64,000 bases of DNA from the NCBI RefSeq assembly GCF_009834535.1, contig NC_045697.1, forward strand, positions 7,690,001 to 7,754,000, read 5' to 3'. The stretch's first letter is position 1. The number at the start of each line of letters is the position of its first letter. Below the pieces are notes generated by a model, which saw nothing but the letters and a program-made list of their open reading frames with translations, was not told the DNA's origin and did not search any database. Positions 12,871 to 26,715 of this stretch are shown here, piece after piece. The translations under genes were made by a program, and so were the position numbers. This DNA is from Camelus ferus. Its lineage: Eukaryota.

Positions 12871-14359
12871 AGTCAGTATTAAAGTAGTTGCTGAATAGTA
12901 TTCATGCTAGTTGGAGAGAAACAGCTGATCGTGCCCTGCAAGACTTGTACATGCACCATCCACACTAGCAGACACACAAGCACAATAGCAACTCCACAAA
13001 CGAGTGACTAGGCTCCCTCAGAGGTCCAAGGACCCAGTTTAGTATATGCTTGATTCATATGATCTCATTTGGAAATTGCTCATCAGCCTGATGCTTTTCA
13101 GCTGGGAGTTTCAGAGCAGTGTGAGATGCGCATTAAAGCATCCCTGGAGAGAAGACAGGAGGAAGCCACCTCTGTGGGCTTGCTCCCTTCTGACACTGAC
13201 TGTGGCCTTACAGGCCCAAGAAGGAATGGATCAGAGTAGAACAGCGGGATCTGGCTCCATTATTCTGGTCCATTCTAGCTCAAGCCATCTAGTGTTTCCA
13301 CAGTTCCATTTTCCCCATGTGGACACTCAACTATGAGGACAGAGCAGGAGAAAAGAAGAGCCTTCAAAAGAGTGGAGAAGGAAAGAATGTGTAGAGGAAT
13401 GAATTCCATCAAAAGACACTTGCTTTCGAGAAAGTTTGCATTCAGAATCCTAAAAGTGAGCTTCATTTGGGCCACCGAATGGTTACACTAGCTTTTATTT
13501 AATACATGTTATGACTAGAGAAGTTTCTTCCAATTTGAAAGGACCCTCACACAGAGTGTTGCCTGGAGAAATATGGCTTAGTCATCACAGAGACCTACCA
13601 ATGAGACTGGTAACTGGAAATGCCATTGATGTCCAGGGAACAGTTATTAACTTTGTAGGCTAAAAACATCAGCCATATACCTGAAAATGAATGGGCTTCA
13701 GAGGAATAACTCATTTTATAATTTCTTACACAGGAAGCTTGTATGTAAACCAGAATACCAATTTGCTAAATTATATTGAGAAATGGAATGTATCAAGTAG
13801 GTTATCAGATACTGTTTGCTGGTCAATGCATTTGTTCTCTGTTGACAAATCCATACCAGAAATACACTCATAATCAGAAAGCTTTTTTTTTTTTTTTTTT
13901 AATGAGCATTGAGCCAGAGGAGAACCAAGTAGTTGGATCAAAACTGTGTATGTTGTTGAGACGGGATGGATTAAACTGTGGATGTTACTAAGATGCAGTG
14001 GATTACTAGGTCCGTTTCTGCCCCCATGGACAGACTTGCTGCCGTAGAGTGACTACTTATTTTCATGGGTTATGATAGTCTGTCTTCTGGAGAGCGTTGA
14101 AAACAAATAGGAACATTTATCTCATTGGCTTCCCCATCTATCGGATTTCTATTGTTAAAGCCAACATTCCCTTTAAGGCTGGGGGCACTGATCTTTGTCA
14201 TACAGACATTAACTAACTTTGTTAGTTATAAACCATACAGCTGTTTAGAAATGAACATTTTAGAATGAAATTTTATTTGGCAGATATTCTGAATGCAAAG
14301 ATAACATTAATAGTAACATAGGATATGTTAGGTACAGAACAATTTCTTTACATCCACTT

Positions 14360-14530
14360 TCTAAATTCTTCTTCACTCTTGTAAATAGCATGGGAATGTG
14401 TTATCATCATGACTCCTTTTGCAGATGTGGAAACTAATGATGAGAGAGGTAGTAAATTTCCCAGGTGTCCCACTTCCATAGAGATGGAGGCTGCTGTTGA
14501 ACCCAAGACAACTTGCTCTGAATCTCCAAG
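14360..14530 (-). mobile_element. MIR SINE fragment
   Basis: TTTTGCAGATGTGGAAACT...TTGAACCCA. Confidence 0.65.
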
Positions 14531-16039
14531 ACAGACTCACCCCTTTTCTTTATGACCAGTGTCATACTGTCTTATTTGTGTTGCTATAAAATCAAACCAG
14601 AGCAATAAAGCAGTGGCTTTTTTTTTTTTTTTTTTTTTTTTAGTTAAAGATCAAGAGTCATTACTGGAATTACTGATTTCATTAATACGTAGTCTTTTTG
14701 ATCAGTATCCCTTAGCAAGTTGGAAGTACTGTCTGTCCCCTAGTCTCATACATGCAGCTCTACAGTTATGCAACCTTCCCTCCCAGGAAGCCATCATTTC
14801 TGCCTCCTGCAAAGTCAGGACAGATTACGTCCATGAGTCCCTTCTCCTCGCATCAGCTCCTAACTTCCCCAGAGACTGCAGCCAGGTGGGTGGCCGCTGA
14901 CCTACCTTCTCTGAAGCCCTCTCATGATTGGTGAGCCAGGACGATGCCTGGTGCGCAGTGCACCAGCTTCCCAGAATAGCTGCCTTCAGGAGGGAGTTAT
15001 TTTCTCCTTGTCTTTTTTGGATACTCGTGGCTTCCTTCCATTTCAGAATCAGAGCAAAGCACTGCTACTGCATTGATGCCACACATAGTCATCCGTTTAA
15101 CCCTTTTATAGCTTCCCTGGGGAATGTACTTAACACAAACCTATAAACCTCTTTAGCCTGACAGTTCGATTTTATTCAGAAACACAATTAGGTGCATAAA
15201 GCCTTTGCATCTCTTCTAGCTGTGAAGTACACAAGTAGTACATTGTAAAACTTTACTTTTGAAAAAATAATTTAACTTAACTCCTCTTCATTTACAGATT
15301 TAAGAAAAAAAAGAAGAAAGAAAAAAAAAGATGTCTCTGGGCAGAGTGATTTATCCAACATCTATAACGGAGTGGCAGAAAATCAGGAGTATTAAACATC
15401 CATCTAAAAGTACTCAATGGACACTCACTGTCTAAACTTTCCTAATGAGGAAAGTTTTTTGTTTTTTTTTTTTCCCACTGCTTTTTCCGTAGAAGATTTG
15501 TTTAGGGGGTCAAAGTCCTTAACAGCTGATTATAGCTGCTTAAAGACACATAACCTTTTTTTCTGAAGGAACAGGATAAAATATTATTACTTATCAATTT
15601 AATGAATTCTGAGATTCAGAGAGGCCGGCTATATATTGGTCACAAACTCTGATTTCCCTGGAGAAGTTCAAGATCATTTCATGTCACAAGGGCCATAGTG
15701 AGGAGGATTGTTCCCAACTGGATTAAGAACAAGAGACCCTCAGGATGACAGAACTGCCCTGCCCTGGGTGGGGCTCTAAGGCGAAAGGAGTGAAGGAGAT
15801 AAAGGGCTCTAATTTGACTTCTGTGACTCACACATGCTCACTTCCAGAAAGCTGGTCAATGGGTGGCAAACGGGGGTCTGGAGACAAATTCGAACTGGAA
15901 AGAGCCATGTCCTGTCAAAGCCGAGCATGGGCAAAGCCAGGCCCAGAGGACAAAGGAGTCATGGCGTGGGCATCTGGGGCCATGTCTGCCATGGGTCCAT
16001 TTTTCTCAACTCTCTCCTTGCCTCTGAGCCTCTCATACT

Positions 16040-17102
16040 GCTGTCCACACCCTACATTTTCTATTTCCAGGTCTCCCTTTTCACTTCCCCATTTAGTCAA
16101 ACTCGCTTGTAACTTCTCCCCTCCACATCCATTTTCAAGGCCTGCAATAATCTCCATGCTGCTAATCTAAGGACTTCATCGCTTCGCATTTATCCTGGAT
16201 TCTTGGTGACTTTAAGCATATGCCAGACAAGCCTTCATGAACTCTGTCTTTCTCTAGTTTTGAAACCAAATGGTCCCTCTCCTGTGTTTACCAATTACTC
16301 CTCAGCCTTCGTCGGCTTCCTCTTCTTCGTATGTTAGATGAAGAACTCCCTTAGTCCTAACACTAGACCCATTTCTCATGCTGTCGTCTTTACTTGGAAA
16401 TATTCTTACCTTAACTGTTTTAATGGGCACATTTCTGTTGCAATGATTCCTAAATGTACATCTTCAGTCCAGACTTTTCATCTGAACTCGATATATCCAG
16501 CGTTCAACTTGAATTACCCATTTGGATGAGGGACACCTCAGAGTCATCATGTCTATAATTGAACTCAGAGTTCTGCCCAAACCATGTTCTCCCCCAGTGC
16601 TTTCCTATCGCAGACCATAGCTCCACCAGAGCAGAAAGCTGGGCATCATCCTTCATAGCTCCCTGTCTCTTACCTACTTATCTCGTCATGTTAATTCGCC
16701 AGCAAAATATTTCCCAAACCTGTTTGTTTTTTAACTGTTACAACCTAAGATCATTTCTTATAGCCCAAAGCCCCAAAGTCTTTATTCTTCCTGTTGAAAT
16801 GTCCTCTCTCCCTCCTGCTTAAGAAACCTCTCTTCATTATTTTTATGAGTCACTCCAAATATCGTCTCATGCAGGAAGCCTTCCTTGACATTCCAAGAGG
16901 AGTTGAAGGCTCCTTCTCTCTATTTTTATGGCACTTATTTATATATCACAATGTATAGTTGAATCTTTTATTAACTAAATGCCCAGCTCCTAGATTGGGA
17001 AATAATCATGCTCGTACCCCCAAGACTTACCACAGTGACTGACACAGAGCAGATGGTTAATCTTTGGTGATAGAATGAATGAATGAATGAATGTATGAAT
17101 GA
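16040..17102 (+). mobile_element. L2 LINE 3' region with (GAAT)n tail
   Basis: Pyrimidine-rich L2 body, GGAAGCCTTCCTTGAC and CACAGTGACTGACACAGAG, ending in a GAATGAATGAAT tail. Confidence 0.75.
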
Positions 17103-18220
17103 AAGCAAGATAAATACAAGGAAACTTGAGGCTATACCTTCAAGAAAGTCATAAAAGGTGCTTGATCGCAGGCAGTATCTGTGGAATGATGTCTGTTTGC
17201 GTGTTAGTTTTGCTTTGAGTTTGACTTTATGTGTTTAATAGAGGATTGCAGGGTTGGGTGGAATGAATTAGGGAAAAAAACATAATGCCAAAAGGGAGAG
17301 AGATTAATCACTGAATCAAGGGACCAAAGAAATGTTTTTTAGAGTTTAATCAACAGTAAAATAAAATGAAAAAGAGAATGGAAATAAAAGTTTCACAAAA
17401 TGAAATGCCTGCTCTGTGACGGGAGTTTTCTCAATAAATATAAATTCTAAAATTTTGCTTTGGCAGTATTAGTTTCTTCATTTTATTGGTGTGTAAGCTG
17501 GAGAATGAAGATAAAAAGCTGCAAATCACGCAGCCCATATTCAGCTCCAGGTGACTGATTTCAAAGCCCACATTCCCTCTGTGAACCGACGTCACCTCTT
17601 TGGGAGGTGGAGCTGCTGAACGTGGATGAAGGTGGTCAGAGGCGAGCAGCTCATGCAGGTCCTGGAAGCCAGGATAAAGGGTTCTGAGTGTGTGACTGGA
17701 AGAGGGAACGTCAGGGGATTTACCCCGGGTAGGCTGTTATCTTTGTAAAAGAAGTGGTCAGGCCATCGTGTGAGGGTAGCAGGTCCGTCTTGAGCGTGGG
17801 CTTTAGTCTGTAAAAAAAGGACTTGTCTTAGCCCCTGTGACCACTGAGGATGAGAATTGGAAAGGGCTGGTGTCCAGATTCCCAAGGCAGCCTCTCATCG
17901 TGAGTGTGAAATTCCTGACTCTGAAGTGCTGTCTGTGTACAACTGTGGTGCCTCCGGACAGCGTCCCAGCCAACGCGAGGGCAGACAGAGTTCGGATTAG
18001 GAGGGCGGGGGCATCTCACAGATTGTTCCTCACACTTCAAGATGCAGCTTAAATTTTACCTCCTCCATTTGGATGGCGTCCTTGTCATACCATTTATTAT
18101 TTTTGTTATAACTCATCAAATTTATCTATGTATGTGTCCATCATCATTATTAAAGTAAGAGCTGTTTTGGGAAGAGGAAGTGTTTTATTAACACTTCGAT
18201 TCCCAGAACAGTACTTCTTA

Positions 18221-18364
18221 TTTATTCACTTATTTATTTTATGTTGGTGGGGGTGGTCATTAAGTTTATCTAGTTAGTTATATTTGGAAAGGGCACTGAG
18301 GATTGAACCCAGGACCTCGTGCATGCTAAACAGGCCCTCTACCGCTGAGCTCTTCCTTCCCCCA
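18221..18364 (-). mobile_element. Camelid tRNA-Ala-derived SINE (Vic-1 type)
   Basis: Minus strand reads AGCTCAGCGGTAGAG...GGTTCAATCC (Pol III A/B boxes) followed by an A-rich tail. Confidence 0.85.
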
Positions 18365-19199
18365 ACAATTCTTGACACCTAACAGTATGACTAATATCAC
18401 CTGGAAATTGAATGGTGATGAATAGCAATAGAGTGGGTGTTCTCCATCACGCCCAGGTAAGGGTACAAGGAAGGGACTCAGAGCTGTATGGCAGATCGAG
18501 GCAACAGGCAAGTGGCTGTTTCTGGACAATTTCACTTTTAAACTAAAATTTAATAACTCTTATGCGTCCCGAGTCCTTATGTGTGTCGTTACCTAGTAGC
18601 ACTCATGTAAACGAGGCGTTTCATCTCCCTGTTGTAGAGACTTGGAAAGAGCAAGTGACTTCAACTGGTTTTAATTCTGGTAGCTCTTGAGGCCTGCTCC
18701 TTCCATCCTGGCCTGATTCATTCTGCAGGATAGGCTGGGTTTAGGCTGGAATATCCAGTTTAACACAGGAAAGCTAATATTTCACTTCTACTAAGTTCAC
18801 TGTGGATTAAGCACGCCCCATGGCGGCCTGCATTGTGTGTGATGACTCACAGATGCAGGCCACTTCCAACACTTGTGTATGACCACCATCTGGCACACAG
18901 CCTCTGGTCCAAGCTGAAGTGAGGACAGAGAGAGGAGAATAGTAGGGAACTTCTTCCTGCCTTAATCCTCTTTGATGCAGGTCACTTCCACTCACTTCCA
19001 CTCACACTGCATCAGCCAGAGCAAGTCATACAACTCCACTACAAGAGCCGATCGGCATCATTTATTTTGTGTGGTCAGACAGAAATAACACGAAATGAGA
19101 CTGGGTGAATCTACTTTGCACTGTGTCTCCTCAATTTAACAGTGAAGTAAAAGATCTGACTTTATGGGAATAAGGCCACTGGGGAGTTGGGAGGCTAGG

Positions 19200-19815
19200 C
19201 AGTTAATTAAACAACAATTAAACAAAACTTTATCAATGTCTATGGTGTCAAACTCTGCTTCACATGCTGGAGATTGGGTGGTAAACAAAGCATAGAATTT
19301 CACTGCAGTCATGGAATTTGTGTTCCAAAATGAGAACAAATACACCACACACACATACAGAAACTCTATGATGTAATGATTTTTAAAATTTAAGAGGTAC
19401 TGCTAAACGCTTGCAGAAAATTATCGCAGCGTCATGTGACAGCGAGCTTCCCAGTGGCTACTTTGGATTAGGTGGTCTGCAAAGGTGTCTTTGAGGAGGT
19501 GCTGTGTAAGCAGACATCTGAGATGAAGGAACAAACACGTGAAGTCAGTAGGGGAAACACTCTAAACAGAGGAACGTTAGCCCAGAGTCTTTGCAGCAGA
19601 GATCAGCTTCAGGTGGCAACAGAACAGAAAGTGGGTCACTGAGGATGGGGCAGAGTGAGAGAGGAGAATCGTGTTATTAAACATCATAGGGGTAGGGAGG
19701 GATCAGCTCATGCAGTTTTGTTTTGTTTTGTTTTAAGGCAGGATGAAGAGTTTCTGAGTATGATGGGAAACCACTGGGGAGTAATAAGCAGTAGAGTGAC
19801 AGTGGTCTGATTTAT
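19200..19815 (-). mobile_element. L2 LINE 3' region
   Basis: Reverse L2 motifs GAGGAGGTGCTGTGTAAGCAGA, GATGGGAAACCACTGG and TCTGATTTATGT. Confidence 0.7.
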
Positions 19816-20421
19816 GTCGACGATGGGCACACTGCAGTCTTCCAAGCCCTGTACATGCCTGAACCCCTCGTGTAAAAGCTACAATGACAGACATCTGCAT
19901 GAGAGCCAAAGGGAATATCAGAGTTGAAAGGTGCTTAAGTTCCACTTGCTTTCAGTGGAACTGTCAGAGGAATACATTGTTACTGAAAAAATGCCACGGT
20001 TGGCAAAATCTAGCCTTGTCTAAAAACTGCAAGAAAACGGCAGGTGTGTCAAATGCGACCTCGGTGTTAGCGAGCTCAAGGAACTCCAGATGGCATTTAG
20101 ACTGTCGCCATGCATGTGTCCGTCCGTTTGACCTGTGAAGTCTCAGAATGTGCGTGAGAGACTGAGTCAAGGTAAGTCAAGGTCACGGTGATGCTTGCTC
20201 TGTTGGCTCAGCCTTGAAACAAGACAGGGAGAGGGAAGACGAGTGGGAGGCATTGTGGGGAGATGTTTTCATAAGGCTCAGAAGTGGCAACGTCAGCCAA
20301 CAGAGGCAGATGGAGAATTCTCCACTTGGGCTATCAGGAACTGCTTCGTGAAAAAAGCTAGCACTGCAGATGATTCCTTATGTAGATATATGCAGTGATG
20401 TAAGAAGCAACATGGTTTTAG

Positions 20422-20657
20422 GGCATTTATTTCAGACCTTCTTTCCTGGGGCCCTAAAGTTTAAAGCAAGTGCCTCAGGACCTCCCCTGGTTATAGAGAG
20501 TAATGGGAAAACGGGACAGGCCAGTACACGGGGCCCCTAGGCTCTATTTCATCCAAAGCTGTTCTTCGTGGGTGACATAGATTAATATTATCAGGGTTCC
20601 ACGTGAAATTTTATTTGAAAGAAGTATTCCCACTGCTAAAAAGTATGTTTTGAATGT
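20422..20657 (-). mobile_element. MER103-type hAT-Charlie MITE
   Basis: GTGCCTCAGG and GGGTTCCACGTGAAATTTTATTTGAAAG...CTGCTAAAA match the recalled reverse MER103C. Confidence 0.6.
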
Positions 20658-21059
20658 AAGAAAAGTGAATTTTAGAGACGTAAGTTTGGGAACCAAATAA
20701 ATCACACACATCTATGTGGTGTTTGATGCTACTTTATTCAATCCTGACAAATTTTAGACAGCTACTCCCAACCCCAATTGACAGTGTTTAAGGTCACATA
20801 GTCAGTCAGAAGAGGTCAAGATGGGATTTAAAACTGGATCTCTGACCCCAAAGGCCACACATCTTTTTTTTTTTCCATTTTTCTGTTACGTCGTGCATGG
20901 TGACCCCGTATGTCTCATTCCTCACTTTGTGATGTCTGGAAGATACTATCTCCTCTGAACCTCTGTTTCATCATCTAGTAAAGAGGAATATAGAGGGAAC
21001 TTAATAAAATCAATCTCATTGTTTTGGGATTCAAGTGACACACCATTTTTAGGGGAAGA

Positions 21060-21290
21060 AACCACCCTAAATCAAGTGTCATGCTAGACCTTTTACAGAC
21101 AGTGACTCATATAATCAGCACAGAAACCTTACGCTGCTGCTGATGATACTCAGCTGTACAGATGAGAAAACTGAGTGCAGAAAGGCTAGGTTAATTATTT
21201 GAGCCCAAACAGCCAGGAATACCCGGAGCTACTGATACTCTGACCTAGGTCTCAGTCATTTCATGTGAACAGTCCTTTGCCCACTTACCA
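21060..21290 (-). mobile_element. MIR SINE
   Basis: TACAGATGAGAAAACTGAG core. Confidence 0.7.
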
Positions 21291-21854
21291 TGTATTTAAA
21301 GGTTGAACATCATAGATAAAGCTAATAAACACATACGTGCAGCTATGCTGACAAATACACTTTCAAAAAAATAACCTTATGTATAGAATTTATGATTGGA
21401 AGTCAAAAGAAGTCCAAAAATATCAAAAGAGGACCTAATTTACTTATTATTGCTTATGTCTGTTAATGGAATAATACTCAGATAATTTGATTAAATAGAA
21501 ATAAACATAATTAATAATTATATTATGATTTTCTAATTTATTTTAATTACCTTTATTTTAGTAATATCACCATGTTGTATAATTAACATTTTTACAATTT
21601 TTACAGTAATTTTCTGACTAAAAATAAAACTTAAATTTATTCAAAGGTTAGTAAATATTAACAAATTTTTATCTGAAATGTAAATTTAAATATATATATA
21701 TACAAAATATAAACATTAAAATTATTTTGTATCTATATCACAGTATTTTTCTCTTTAAATATTCAAACTGACCAAGACAACTAAGATAAAATGCATATTT
21801 AAACAATGATAAATTGTTCCTATATCAAGATTATTCTAATAAAATTAGTATTTA

Positions 21855-21862
21855 TATTTCAT

Positions 21863-21900
<38 letters not shown>

Positions 21901-23816
21901 CACATATACATATATAATCTCACATCTTCTTTATCCATTCATCTATCTATGGGCACTTAGTTTACTTCCATATCTTGGCTAGTTGTAAATAACGCTAATG
22001 AATGTAGGGGTGAAAATATTTTTTTCCAAATGGTGCTTTTTTTTTTCCCTTCAGTTAAACACCCAAGAGTGGAATTCCTGAATCATATGGTAGTTCTATT
22101 TTTAATTTTTTGAGGAATTCTCATACTGTTTTCCATACTGGCTGTACTAATTTGCATTCCCACCAACAATGTATGAGGGTTTCCTTTATTCACATCCTTG
22201 CCAACACTTGTTATTTGCTGTTTTTTGATAATATCCATTCTGACGTTTGTGAGGTAATATCTGATTGTGGTTTTGATTTGCATTTCCCTGATGATTAGAG
22301 ATTTTGAACATCCTGTCATGTGCCAGTTGGCCATCTATATGTCCTCTTTGGAAAAATGTTTATTCAGGTCCTCTGCCCTTTTAAAACTCAGGTTGCTTGT
22401 TTTATTTTTACTTCAAGTGGTATGAATTCTTTGTATATTTTGGATGTTAATCTCTTGTTGGATATATTGTTTACAAATATCTTCTTTCATTAAGTAAACT
22501 TTTTGTTTTGTTTATAGTTTCCTTCACTGTGCAAAAGCTTTTTAGTTTGATGTATTCCCACTTGCTTATTTTTGCTTTTGTTTTCCTTGCCTGAAGAAAC
22601 ATTCAAAAAGGTATTGCTAAGACCAATTTCAAAAAGCATAATGCCTATGTTTACTTCTATAAGTTTTATGATTTAGAGTCTTACATTTAAATCTTTATTC
22701 CATTGTCAGTTTACTTTTGTATATGGTGCGATAAAGTAGTCCAGTCTGATTCTTTTGCACGCATTTGTTGAAGAGGTCATTTTTTTTCCTATTGTGTATT
22801 CTTGCCTCCAGCTTTGTTCTTCCTTCTCAAGATTGTTTTAGCTATTAAGGGTCTTTTGTGTTTTTTTTTTAACAAGCTTTAGAATTATTTGTTCTAGTTC
22901 TGCTAAAAACACTACTGGTATTCTGATAAGGATTGCACTGTATCTGTAGAATGCCTTGTGTACTATCATCATTTTAACAATATTGATTCTTCCAATCCAT
23001 GAAAATGGTATATCTTTCCATCTGTTTTTTTTTTTAATATTCACTTCATTTCATCAGTGTCTCAATTTTCTGAGTACATACCTTTTACTTTCATAGTTTT
23101 AGTCTTAGATATTTTATTCTTTTGGTGTGATTGTAAATTGGATTATTTTCTTACTTTCTCTTTCTGAGAGTTTATTGATAGAGTATAGAAACACAACAGC
23201 TTTTTTTTTTTGTAATCTACCAATTTTGTATACTGGAATTACATTGAATTCAATGATGAGTTCTAGTAGTTTTTTCGTGGAGTCTTTAGGAATTTCTATG
23301 TAAGGTGTCATGTTATCTGCAAACAATGACAGTTTTACTTCTTCCTTTCCAATTTAGATTCCTTTTAATTATTTAATTTTGAGGGTCTGATTCCTGGGAC
23401 TAGGACTTCCAAAACTATGTTGAATAAAAAGTAGTGAGAGTGCACATTCATGTCTTGTTCCTGACCTTAGAGGGAGTGCTTTCAGCTTTTCATTGTTGAG
23501 TATGATGCTAGCTGTATGTTTGTCACATATAGATGTTATTATGTTGAGGTACATCTCCTCATACCCACTTTGTTGAGGGTCTTTATCATAAATGGATGCT
23601 GAATTTTGTCAAAAGATTTTTCTTCATCTATTGAGATCTTCCTATGATTTTTCTTCATTGTTTTGGTAATGTGATATATCACATTGATTGTTTTGTGAAT
23701 ATTGAACTATCCTTGCATCCCTGATGTGAATCCCACTTGATCATGGTGTATGATTCTTTTAAAATGTTGTTTAATTTGGTTTCCTAATATTTTGTTGGGG
23801 ATTTTGAATCTATGAT
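21855..23816 (-). mobile_element. L1 (L1MA-like) internal ORF2 fragment, frameshifted, lacking 3'UTR and poly-A
   Basis: ORF2 peptides in the track: PLRSGTRHECALS, FADNM (RT YADD region), [29 protein letters not shown]. Confidence 0.92.
21863..21900. repeat. (TCTA)n tetranucleotide STR
   Basis: About 9.5 perfect units. Confidence 0.95.
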
Positions 23817-24240
23817 TATTACTTAACAATGAGCATTACTCTTACATCAAGATTATTCTAGGAAAGTTAGTGTTGCTTTGTTTTTAAATTCATTTGTATT
23901 GAATTTTTAAAAATAAAACTTCTCAATACTTGCATTCAATGTGCATCTAGTTGTCAAATCAAAGAATTAATATCACCATTCATGCATGTTATTGCTAGGC
24001 CACCAAATATATGTGTGTAGAGTGATATGAAATATTTAAAACTGTGAAATTTGTCTTAGCTTGTCTAGGTAGTTACCATGTGCAAATCCCATAAAGCCAG
24101 TGATATACAGAGTATTTCCTTAGGGCTGGAACAGTGGAAATTACAAGAGTGAATGTTTGAATGTTTAGAATTATTGGTCCCTCTAGTCTAGCCCTGTGAG
24201 CTACATTTCAGTTTACACAGAATATATGTATATATGAAGC

Positions 24241-24274
<34 letters not shown>

Positions 24275-24334
24275 GTTCTTTCTATGTGTGTGTGTGTGTG
24301 TATGCGCATGGTTTTGTGATGTGAGTATCTAAAT

Positions 24335-24543
24335 CAAGAGTCAGCAATTTTTTTCCTAGAAAGTATCAAATAGTAAATACTTGTGCTTTGTCTACCATAT
24401 GGTCTCTTTTGCACGTACTCAACACTGCCTTTATAGTGCAAAAGCAGGCACAGAGAGTATGTAGACAAATTAAATGGATGTTATCTGGTTTGGATCCACA
24501 ACAGGCCGAATTTGGCCCATGGACTGTAATATATTGATCCTTG
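24335..24543 (+). mobile_element. MER58A-type hAT-Charlie MITE
   Basis: CAAGAGTCAGCAA...ATAGTAAATA...CATATGGTCTCT...TTTGGCCCATGG...GATCCTTG. Confidence 0.75.
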
Positions 24544-26504
24544 CACTGAAGAATGGGGCCCTGAAAGGTGTGCTCTCTTTCCTAAGTCTAACTGGGTTCC
24601 TTAATGTGGCCATGCCTTGGAAACAGAAAGATTGATAGATATAAACTAAGTAGCTAAAAACTGGTTGGAGGATTCTTATTTTATTGATTTGTTATTTGAG
24701 AGCAGAGGCTCACTTTATCAGATAGCCAGCTTGGTCAAGTTTTGTACCTACTGAGAAAATTTGTACCAATCTTGGGTGACCATCAGATGTTCTCAAACTC
24801 TGTTATGGTGGGCCTCCTGCTTAAATGCCTATTCATTTGTTTGTATCTGGTTTATTTATCAATAGTGGGGATAAGAAAAACTTCTGACTTTGGTGCATGC
24901 CTGCTCGTCTCAGAACCATGATTATTAGAACAACATCAGCATCACCACCAGTCATCATAGCTCAGCAACATCAAATGATCTTGAGATGCTCACCGTGAGT
25001 CTTCATATGCTAACTCACTGTAGTCAGAGAAAGACCAACCTGTAATCCTCTACTGAAAATGTATAATCAATAGCCTCCTCCGAGGCCCACCCTGTGGAAT
25101 ATGGGGTACAGTGGAGATCAGAGAACAGGGTCCAAGCACCCAGTTGATATTTATTAGCCACGTAGACCCTCTGTTTACTTGCCTATAAGGCTGTGACCAG
25201 AAAAGCAACTTCAGTGTTGTCGTAAGTAGAAAATGGGCTAAGGCTTTGTACAATAATACATTGTTAGAAAAGTGCAGGTACTACGAACATATTAAGTAAT
25301 ATTTCCAGCCCTTGCATCAATATTTCAGCAGGCCAGGAACTGTGTCTTTGATAGTATTCTAAATGTGTGTATGTTGGGGGTGTGTGTGCTTCTTTTAGCC
25401 CTTTCTCTCACTGAGAATCAAAAAGCCAGTGATTATGCAAAAAAAAAAAAAAAAATGACACAACCTATCCAGAATCTTCATGATCATAGACTCTAACATA
25501 TCTTACTTAAGGCTTTGGCAACAGACGTCTAGTTATTTTTTAATGCAATTTGTTTCCTGTATTGTTTTTAAAATGTGGCCTTTCAAGATGATTTGGCATC
25601 AGCTTGCAGCACATACTTACACTGAGAGTTAATATATGTTAAATCAGTTCCAAGTTTGGAAACAATCCTTGCTGATTCGAAGGTAATATATGGTGCTTGT
25701 CATTGGAATTGTGTGTGCAGGTGCACTGTGTGTCGACAATGTGCAATTGGCATTAGCATTAATCACAGATTTGGATTTGGCAGATGCTAGATTTTAGAGC
25801 ATGTATAATCGAGTATGGCTGCAAAAGGCAGTTATAAAACTTCTTGTTCTTCCTGAGCGACAATTAGAAGGTAATTAGAATCACAAACTCTGTGTGTGTA
25901 TGTGTGTGTGTGTGTGTTATATTTAACTTTTCTCCCTATCTCCTTATAGTTCTTCCATCACTCAGTATCAGTACCTAAATGTACACTATTCTTTCCATGT
26001 CTAGCTTCAAAATATATTTTTCCATTACTAGATTGTCTCAATATCCACAATACTGGAAGCTCTTTAAGGCCAAAACTAATTTTGTTCATGTCTGCGTTTC
26101 TATGTCCCCAAGAGCTAACTCATGTTCTCTTGCCTCAAGATGAAGGATAATATCTTCCAATAAATGAGATCTATTAGAAACTTTCCCTAAGAACTCTCAT
26201 AAAGTGGGTGCTGTGTAATTTTACGAGCATTTTTCTTGACACCGTGCCCCAAATGAATATAATATCAAATTTTTAATAACTGTTTCTTATTCTGTCACTC
26301 AAAGAGGGCTGATAAATGACATATCAAATGGCACAATCAAGGGACTATGCAAAATTAATCTATTTAACAAATAATTATTGAATATCTATTTTAAGAAGTT
26401 TAAGGGATAGAGCAGTGGACAAACAGGAGGTCTGCACAATCAATGCGAGAATTCTAAAATTAGCTAGGATAAGAATTTAAGTGTAAAAATCTAAATAAGA
26501 ACAG

Positions 26505-26715
26505 CCAAATTTCTGGAACTTCCTATATGCTAGGAATTATTTGAAGTGCTTCATATGTATTAATTTATTCTTTAAAACAACCCTATTCTTATTTTTTAAG
26601 AGATGAAACGCATGTAGAGAGAAGTTAAATAACTTCACATAACGTGTAGATGATTTAGCCACGTTCCTAACCCAAGTAGTCAAGCTCCCGAGCCCACACT
26701 CTTACTGGCTCCTTT
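26505..26715 (-). mobile_element. MIR SINE
   Basis: TATATGCTAGG...AGAGAAGTTAAATAACTT. Confidence 0.6.

Noticed and set aside
17945..17967. REST/NRSE-like GGACAGCG
   Set aside because: Only the right half-site is present; TTCAGCACC is missing
22083..23554. ORFs with reverse-transcriptase-like peptides
   Set aside because: Frameshifted pieces of a dead L1 ORF2, not a gene
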